DNA from: Synergistales bacterium
Lineage (GTDB): Bacteria > Synergistota > Synergistia > Synergistales > JAFGMB01
Direction of reading: 5' to 3'
Assembly (NCBI GenBank): GCA_963666205.1
Contig: OY762654.1
Coordinates: 864,001 to 928,000 of the forward strand
DNA: 64,000 nucleotides
Shown one piece after another: positions 57,640 to 64,000 of the stretch; positions within the stretch are counted from its first letter, which is position 1, and each line of letters begins with the position of its first letter. The position numbers and the translations under genes were made by a program. The notes below the pieces were generated by a model. It did no database searches. It was given only the letters and a program-made list of their open reading frames with translations, and was not told the origin of the DNA.

Positions 57640-58272
57640 ATGGAACATCGAAGAGAAAGAAACAATCTCCTTTTCGAAAATCGATTTATTTCCGTAAGAA
57701 AATTCAGCCTCCAGAGAGGGGACCATATCCTTCTGCACTCTGGAAGGAACAGGGTGCTGTTCTTCCTGTCCGAAGCCCATTTAAAGATCATGGAACCCCC
57801 GGTGGCCAAGGACCTTTACACGGAAACAGAAAGTGTTCTATGGCATGACCATACAGATTTTATTGTTCGGAACATGGATAAGAATACTGCGGAACTGGTT
57901 ATCTTTTCTCTTATGGAGAATACAGAAAAGCTCCCCCATGAACTGACACAGGTACCTTCCATGGATCAGCTCGAAAAGCTGGATATTCAGATAAAACTTG
58001 ATAACCCGGCCGTAAGTGTATTGAAAGTCAGGCTCAAAGCCAGGGAGCGATTTCCTTCACACCCTGGAATCAGGATGATCCTCTTTGCCCTTTCTCCATA
58101 TACCATCCGTTATATTCATGAGCAGTTGGGAGAGATAAGTAAAACAGTAAAAGTAGGGGATGTCCTTTGTCATGGATCTGATGTTTCTTCCATTGAAAAT
58201 CTGGGCCAGAATACTCTGGCATTCCTGGTCCTGGTTTTAAAATCTCCAAGTCTTGAGTCAATAAGTCTTTAA
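57640..58272 (+). CDS. Hypothetical protein, probable tandem cupin-like beta-barrels
   Basis: Two similar halves (FENRFISV..LQRG..H / DNPAVSV..LKAR..H); GGAGG RBS. Confidence 0.6.
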   Translation: MEHRRERNNLLFENRFISVRKFSLQRGDHILLHSGRNRVLFFLSEAHLKIMEPPVAKDLYTETESVLWHDHTDFIVRNMDKNTAELVIFSLMENTEKLPHELTQVPSMDQLEKLDIQIKLDNPAVSVLKVRLKARERFPSHPGIRMILFALSPYTIRYIHEQLGEISKTVKVGDVLCHGSDVSSIENLGQNTLAFLVLVLKSPSLESISL

Positions 58273-58605
58273 TTGATGAAGGGAGGAATAATAGTGGGGA
58301 AAATAGCACTGGTGAATCCTCGTGAGATAAACTGCAGGGTCTCAATGGGTGATGCTATTCTTGTCTGCGCATATCCCGACGACAGGGACTTTAAGAACAA
58401 CAGGCTGAAAAAAGCTCTCTCCTTCCAGGATTTTGCCTCGAGAATGCACAGCCTGTCAAAAAAGAAGGAGATAGTTTTCTATTGTGATAGTGAAAACGAG
58501 TCTGTTTCTACCGATATGGCTCTTAAAACAGAGGATTTCGGTTTTGAGAATGTCAAAGTCCTTAAGGGTGGAGTTACGGGGTGGAAAGAAGCGGGCCTCG
58601 AATGA
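58273..58605 (+). CDS. Rhodanese-like single-domain protein
   Basis: LVCAY, EIVFYC, GFENVKVLKGGVTGWKEAG. Confidence 0.8.
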   Translation: MMKGGIIVGKIALVNPREINCRVSMGDAILVCAYPDDRDFKNNRLKKALSFQDFASRMHSLSKKKEIVFYCDSENESVSTDMALKTEDFGFENVKVLKGGVTGWKEAGLE

Positions 58606-58754
58606 ACTGCCTTCGATGAAAGGTTGAAGGGATCTTGTCTTACCGGAGGATCAGGGAAGCATGGCGGGAGACCTTCAAAGAGCAGGAGCGGGGTCTCGAG
58701 TAGATCATTACGGGGAGAACTGATCAGTACCCTGGGTCTGCAAGGACCGGATCA

Positions 58755-59192
58755 CTACCAGGGATCCCAGCCTTCTGCAAATACAAGGCTGTACTTGCTT
58801 ATCTCCAGATCATGGGGAAGGAGAGCCTTGAACTTTACTGTTTCTTCTGAAGTCAGATCATAGGTCTGATCAAAGGCAGTTCCAAGAAATTGACCACCCT
58901 CTCCATAAAGGGCAAATACGATCCTTACATATGGAAGATTATGGCTGGTTATATTTTTTACCTCTCCTTCAATATAGGAGGATATGCCATCTCTTTCATG
59001 GGAAAATTCCAGGACATTCACAGAAGAAACACTTTCGATCCTCTCTGTTCTCAAGTTACTCAAACTGCCCATAATGCCCCAGAAAAGGATCGTGATCGTC
59101 AGGAAGAAAAGAGAGTTGATCAGAAGGTCTATCATAGCTTTTCCCGAAGATTTCTCCAGCCTGGATGGCAAATTGATTTCCACAGAATTCAT
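58755..59192 (-). CDS. FxLYD-domain membrane-anchored protein
   Basis: TM anchor, IEGEVKN....LPYVRIVFALYGEGGQFLG...DL. Confidence 0.75.
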   Translation of the reverse strand: MNSVEINLPSRLEKSSGKAMIDLLINSLFFLTITILFWGIMGSLSNLRTERIESVSSVNVLEFSHERDGISSYIEGEVKNITSHNLPYVRIVFALYGEGGQFLGTAFDQTYDLTSEETVKFKALLPHDLEISKYSLVFAEGWDPW

Positions 59193-59198
59193 GGATAT

Positions 59199-60056
59199 CT
59201 ATCCTTCTGTGCCGGGTCCAAGATCAAGTATTTCAGAATGAAAGGTCGACATGTCCATAAGTACAAGTTTCCCCCCGGGACCAGTTGTTATTCCAGTTAT
59301 TTCCTCTATTAAACGGGCAGCCTGAAGAGAGGCTATTACAAAGGGTGAAAAGGAAGGTACTCCGGCAACAGTCTCCACTCCTTTTTCAGAGATACCGCTG
59401 TTGCTGAAAAGATCAAGATGTGTTCTGTTTCCTGGATAGTACAGGGCCATCTGCCCGATGAGACCGCCCACTGCTCCATGTATGACAGGAATACCCATTG
59501 CATAGCATGTTTCATATAGCATTTTTCGCGAGGTATTGTTGTCAAGGGCATCTACAGCCATATCTGCATTGTTGAGGATATTTCTTATATTATCCTCCTG
59601 CAGCATCACCGGACAGGAAACTATCCTGACAGCACTGTTAACTGCTGCTATCCTTTCTGCTGCAGCCTCGACTTTAAGCCGGCCTAGAAAAGCTTCTGAA
59701 GAAAGAATCTGTCGATTAAGGTTATCCTCGCTGAAGGAATCTCCATCAACCAGGATCAGGCATCCTATCCCGGCTCTCGACAGTATTTCCACGATGACTC
59801 CGCCAAGGCCACCGCAACCGATAACAGCAATGGAGGAACAAAGGAGTTTTAACTGCCCTTCTACTCCGAGAACCCCAATATTTCTTTCATATCTGCGGGG
59901 AATGATGCCATTCTCAAGAGCGCATTTTTCGATAACGAGAGGATGAATTTCAAATGATATGGCCAGTTTTCTGGAATCTTCGATAGATAAGAGGATCCTC
60001 TTTCCATCATGAAAGGATCTTTTCTCTATTTCCCTTTTCAATCTTACAGGATCCAA
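59199..60056 (-). CDS. ThiF/MoeB/HesA-family E1-like adenylyltransferase
   Basis: RYERN, VIGCGGLG, DGDSF..NLNRQ, DALDN; no C-terminal CxxC pairs. Confidence 0.9.
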   Translation of the reverse strand: MDPVRLKREIEKRSFHDGKRILLSIEDSRKLAISFEIHPLVIEKCALENGIIPRRYERNIGVLGVEGQLKLLCSSIAVIGCGGLGGVIVEILSRAGIGCLILVDGDSFSEDNLNRQILSSEAFLGRLKVEAAAERIAAVNSAVRIVSCPVMLQEDNIRNILNNADMAVDALDNNTSRKMLYETCYAMGIPVIHGAVGGLIGQMALYYPGNRTHLDLFSNSGISEKGVETVAGVPSFSPFVIASLQAARLIEEITGITTGPGGKLVLMDMSTFHSEILDLGPGTEG

Positions 60057-60182
60057 TTGCCTTACCCCCTTCAAACAAAAGTAAACCCTGATAATTCCGG
60101 TAACCCTGATATTGCTATTGAAATCTATCATATCCGAACCGATAATAGTATGAGTTCAATAACCCGGGGAGGAGTGCTGACT

Positions 60183-60467
60183 TTGAAAGTTCGTCTTTTT
60201 GCTTTTCTGATGTACGAAGTAGGGAAAAGGGAACTCGAAATTCAAGCGCCACCCGACGTGGCTTCCCTCCTGGAACTGATGTCCGGTAAATACGGAACAG
60301 ACTTTGATAAATGGATATGGAGAAAAGACGAAGGATCCGGCCGCACCCTTATTACAGGTACCCTGATAATGGTAAATGGCCACCATATATTACACCTTGA
60401 GGGTCTTGAGACTCCCCTTGATGACTATGACGTTGTAAGTATTTTCCCTCCAGCTGCTGGTGGATAA
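60183..60467 (+). CDS. MoaD/ThiS-family ubiquitin-like sulfur carrier
   Basis: KVRLFA, MVNG, GLETPL..D..IFPPAAGG C-terminal diglycine; GGAGGAG RBS. Confidence 0.9.
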   Translation: MKVRLFAFLMYEVGKRELEIQAPPDVASLLELMSGKYGTDFDKWIWRKDEGSGRTLITGTLIMVNGHHILHLEGLETPLDDYDVVSIFPPAAGG

Positions 60468-60540
60468 CGAAGGGATCCCCGGTCAGAGGGATCCCTTCTG
60501 CATAGCTTATATTAAAGATTTGCAGACAGGAAATGGAGAC

Positions 60541-61374
60541 TTAATATTGCACTCTCAGTCTGCCATTGTCATATCCGATAGACCTCAGGACCTGATCCAG
60601 CATTATGTCACCATGACTATATATCTTATCTGCAGCCATGACTGCCGGTTCTATCTTATCCCATCTCTTCTGGATAAAGGTTTTATCGCCCCATCTGGCT
60701 TTCGCGTAATCCTGCATCTTTGCCCTTGCGTCATTTCTGAGGAACTGGGTATTTGTATATAAATTCCGTGTTTTAGAACACAGAGAGACAACCTCTGAAC
60801 TTGCGTGTAAAGGTAGCGATAATTCGGAAATAGCAAGGCGGGATTGTGTAATACCCCTTGTGATATCAGGCATTTCCTTTCCAAATGCCTCCATGGAAAT
60901 TTTCCCCAGTATAACTTCCCTGAAAAGCTGGTTGGCCTGCTCCCAGTGAGCATTGGCAAGATTATTCTGCCAGACAAGCTTCTGACAGAAATCAAGGGTC
61001 TCCCTCTCTTCGATACTGTACCTGGCTGGCTTCAGCCAAGTGACTACCTTGCCGGCGCTTCCCAAAAGGGTAAGTACTGCAGATCTCCCTTCTCCAAGTC
61101 TTCGGGAAAGGGCATTCTCCACCTCTGACGCAGACTTGTCCGTAATGGAAAGGTGATCTACTTCTACCAGAAGATCCCTCGCCATAATGCCTGCATATTC
61201 CGCTGGACTATCCTCATATACCCTGGTAACCAGAAATTTACCTCCCTCATCCGGTTCTCCAAGCTCCAATCCGGATACAGAAAAATTCATTTCTCCATAG
61301 GCACTTCCCATAAGAAAGCTAACCGACAAAAGTGCCAGAAAGGATACCAAAAAAGCCATTCGAGTTTTCTTCAT
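60541..61374 (-). CDS. Exported PDZ-domain protein
   Basis: Signal peptide; GLEL...VTRVYEDSPAEYAGI..RDLLVEVD; helical C-terminus. Confidence 0.75.
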   Translation of the reverse strand: MKKTRMAFLVSFLALLSVSFLMGSAYGEMNFSVSGLELGEPDEGGKFLVTRVYEDSPAEYAGIMARDLLVEVDHLSITDKSASEVENALSRRLGEGRSAVLTLLGSAGKVVTWLKPARYSIEERETLDFCQKLVWQNNLANAHWEQANQLFREVILGKISMEAFGKEMPDITRGITQSRLAISELSLPLHASSEVVSLCSKTRNLYTNTQFLRNDARAKMQDYAKARWGDKTFIQKRWDKIEPAVMAADKIYSHGDIMLDQVLRSIGYDNGRLRVQY

Positions 61375-61613
61375 TCTGTCACCGCCCTTCATTTTAACTT
61401 TATTAAGATATCAGTATATTGATTCCTGAGGTTTATCTTGCCACGTTGGCCTGTTTTTTTCAATACTTGAATTCGGCAATGAGTAGTCGGAATCATTAAA
61501 AATAATACTCTGGCCAAAAAAGAACATAAAATGGTCAGAATTTGTATACCTGAAATTTCACTGTACATGTCAAGTTATAATATTATTATCCTTGTAAAGG
61601 AGTACTTGTTGAA

Positions 61614-62066
61614 ATGAAAAGGGCCCTGGTTGCCATCGATATGAATGATGAAAGCAATTCCCTGATAAGATTTGTTTTCCCCTACGCTGAGAGACATAAT
61701 CTTCATCACATAGATTTTATTCATGTTGAGGATGAAGATGAGACCCTCGATGTGACCGGGGACCCTCCCCAGATGCAGGGGAAAAACACTCTTGAGAAAA
61801 TAGGGGTGATGGTGGATAAGTGCATGGAGACCCTTCCTTCAAAAGTTGTTTCCTTCAATATACTCATCACCAGAGGGATCCCCGAGGAAGAAATAGTAAA
61901 AAGGGCAAAGGAAATGCACTACGATCTCATCGTTCTGGGTCAGTCCATTGCCAGGAGCATAGAGGGGTTTCTGAGCGGGAACATGGGTATCAGGATAATG
62001 GACAACACCCAGTGCAGCGTTCTGGTCTATAACCCTCGAAAAGTCAAGTGGATGGTTGAGTATTAG
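61614..62066 (+). CDS. Universal stress protein (UspA family)
   Basis: LVAID, IHV, GIPEEEIV..A....DLIVLG, FL.GN....CSVLV. Confidence 0.9.
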   Translation: MKRALVAIDMNDESNSLIRFVFPYAERHNLHHIDFIHVEDEDETLDVTGDPPQMQGKNTLEKIGVMVDKCMETLPSKVVSFNILITRGIPEEEIVKRAKEMHYDLIVLGQSIARSIEGFLSGNMGIRIMDNTQCSVLVYNPRKVKWMVEY

Positions 62067-62231
62067 GCCCCCCTCCTCTACTGGTCACAGAAACCCCTGG
62101 TATTTCATTTTCCCCTTCGAAATGTATTTTATTTTTTATCAATGAATACAAAAAAATCATTTCCCCACAGACCCACCAATCTGCTAGAATAAATCCCAGT
62201 AATGTTATCCTTTATGGGAGGTGTAAACATT

Positions 62232-63386
62232 TTGAAACGTACGGGTATTGCAGTATTAGTTCTTGCAGTGGTGTTGTGTTTGGGAGCAGGAGCGGCCATG
62301 GCAGCCGATACCGTCAAGATCGGTTACCTTGCTGCTCTTACTGGTGATTGGGCAGCCTATGGCCAGACCGAGGCAAATACAGCACAGCTTGCTGTCGAAG
62401 AGATAAACGCCCAGGGGGGGCTTTTAGGCAAGCAGGTTGAGCTGGTAGTTTACGATTTCCGCACCAGGGCTGAGGACGCTGTAAATGCTGTCAGGCGTCT
62501 GGCTGAAGAAGATAAGGTAGTCGGTATAGTGGGAGCCAACGGAAGCGGCATTAATATTGCTACAGCACCCCTTGTAAACAGGTACGGAATTCCCCAGATA
62601 GGGACTGTTTCTACTAACCCGTTAGTGACAGTTGACCAGAAGGGTAAGGTCCGTCCCTACTCTTTCAGAGTATGCTTTACCGATCCCTATCAGGGTAAAC
62701 TTATTGCTTATTTCTCAGCCATGGAACTGAAAAGAATGAATGCGGCAATCCTTTATGATGTGGGAAGCGATTATTCCCAGGGACTTCGAGAGTTCTTCAT
62801 GAAAAGCTACGGGGAATATGGCGGGAAAATGGTGGCCGATCTGGGTTTCAGAGGAGGCCAGGATGTTGATTTCCGCGCACAGCTGACCGAGATCCGGGAT
62901 AAAAAAGCCGATGTTCTTATCCTCCCGAACATGGGTAAGGAAATGGCTCTCATCATGAAACAGGCCCGTGAGCTTGGCATGGACGACATTATCTTCGTTG
63001 GTGGAGACGGCTATGCGGAATTCATGTGGGAGATCGCGGGAGACGCCATGGAGAATTCCTACTGGATAAACCACGTTAGCCCCGAAGACCCGGCAATGGC
63101 TCCTTTCTTTGCCTCTTACAAGGCGAAATACAACGATGAATGCAAAGAATTCGTCAACGGCATACTTGGTTATGATGGTATGTATCTGATGTTCGACGCC
63201 ATCAAGAGAGCTGGAAAAGCAGATCCCAAGCTTATCGCCAAGGCTCTTTCAGAGACAAAGGACCTTCAGCTCCATCACGCCGTTATTACTTTCGATGAAT
63301 TTCATAATCCCCTGGATAAAGACGGTATCATCATCGTAGCAAAAGATGGACATGGTCAGTTCTACATGAAGATCAAACCTGAATAG
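62232..63386 (+). CDS. Branched-chain amino-acid ABC transporter substrate-binding protein (LivK/LivJ family)
   Basis: Signal peptide; VKIG....LTG..A.YG, INAQGGLLG, FRVCFTDPYQG, DFRAQLT. Confidence 0.93.
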   Translation: MKRTGIAVLVLAVVLCLGAGAAMAADTVKIGYLAALTGDWAAYGQTEANTAQLAVEEINAQGGLLGKQVELVVYDFRTRAEDAVNAVRRLAEEDKVVGIVGANGSGINIATAPLVNRYGIPQIGTVSTNPLVTVDQKGKVRPYSFRVCFTDPYQGKLIAYFSAMELKRMNAAILYDVGSDYSQGLREFFMKSYGEYGGKMVADLGFRGGQDVDFRAQLTEIRDKKADVLILPNMGKEMALIMKQARELGMDDIIFVGGDGYAEFMWEIAGDAMENSYWINHVSPEDPAMAPFFASYKAKYNDECKEFVNGILGYDGMYLMFDAIKRAGKADPKLIAKALSETKDLQLHHAVITFDEFHNPLDKDGIIIVAKDGHGQFYMKIKPE

Positions 63387-63471
63387 GAACTTCCAGGACC
63401 AGAAAGTTGTACTTAGCTGGGCGGGCGCGGGAAGTCCGTGCCCGCCCTTCTTCTGGAAAGAGGTGAACTGT

Positions 63472-64000
63472 TTGGATACCTTTTTGCAACAGACCATAAA
63501 CGGACTTTCTCTTGGTTCTGTTTACGCACTTATTGCCGTTGGTTATTCCCTTGTATATTCCATTCTGCTTTTTTCAAATTTTGCCCACGGCGGTTTTCTT
63601 GTTATAGGCGGTTACATTTGTTACTTCGCGCTTCGCTCACTGGGACTGAACATATGGATGGCAGGATTCATGTCCCTTATGGGAGCTGGTTTTTCAGCGG
63701 TACTTACAGAAAGACTGGCTTATAAACCGATCAGAGAAAGGACGAACGTAACTCTCTATCTTCTCATTGCATCAATGGGTATGAGCATAGTTATTGAGAA
63801 TATCTTTGTCATAGTGGTAGGAGGAAGGTTCAGGGCCCTCCCGCCGGTAATACCCACTCACCCTGTACATCTCTTCGGTCTTGCCACAACAAGTGCCTTC
63901 GATATCCTTTCGTTGCTGGCAGCAGTATTCTTTCTTGGAGCACTTCAGTTATTTCTTATAAAAACAAAGTGGGGACTGGCCATCAGGGCAGCAGCCTACG
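63472..64000 (+). CDS. livH: Branched-chain amino-acid ABC permease, 5' part (runs off right edge; not in ORF track)
   Basis: MDTFLQQTINGLSLGSVYALIAVGYSLVYSILLFSNFAHG...TKWGLAIRAA; GAGGTG RBS. Confidence 0.9.
   Translation, partial: MDTFLQQTINGLSLGSVYALIAVGYSLVYSILLFSNFAHGGFLVIGGYICYFALRSLGLNIWMAGFMSLMGAGFSAVLTERLAYKPIRERTNVTLYLLIASMGMSIVIENIFVIVVGGRFRALPPVIPTHPVHLFGLATTSAFDILSLLAAVFFLGALQLFLIKTKWGLAIRAAAY

Noticed and set aside
233-63725. Numerous 60-170 aa ORFs antisense to or nested in well-supported genes
   Set aside because: Shadow ORFs without RBS or motifs, expected by chance.
1-64000. CRISPR arrays, tRNA/rRNA genes, IS elements, integrases, prophage genes
   Set aside because: No regularly spaced repeats, cloverleafs, rRNA motifs, or transposase/integrase/phage ORFs recognised by eye; a covariance-model scan could still find small RNAs.

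Overview
A 64-kb gene-dense chromosomal window from an anaerobic bacterium. The gene content (TRAP/TAXI and Liv amino-acid transporters, rubrerythrin, PAS/HD-GYP proteins, fbaB, ThiF/MoaD) suggests Synergistota; this is inference and was not searched. I found no rRNA, tRNA, CRISPR array, integrase or transposase. Most genes are housekeeping or stress genes (pepF, trkAH, proBA, copA/copZ, msrB, fbaB, hsp20, a DnaJ-type chaperone, liv). The interesting signals are mostly non-coding or too short for the ORF track. (1) An uncharacterised operon of two D-Ala-D-Ala-ligase-like ATP-grasp enzymes, a GNAT and a GNAT-HDAC fusion is preceded by an uncalled 45-codon leader ORF with a SpeFL-like RRxxHIM motif and a PPG sitting on an intrinsic terminator. 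(2) A second uncalled Phe/Tyr/Ile-rich leader with PPG and a terminator precedes a YkvI-like transporter and a PLP amino-acid-racemase-like enzyme. (3) There are two GEMM-I (c-di-GMP-I class) riboswitches: one canonical, and one orphan variant (A at the G20-equivalent position, long inserted hairpin) with its own promoter and terminators but no downstream gene. (4) Two convergent HD-GYP genes, one split by an in-frame TGA and one with HD replaced by YE, share a 135-bp ~94% identical inverted tract. (5) CtsR-like boxes are shared by the hsp20 and DnaJ-type promoters.
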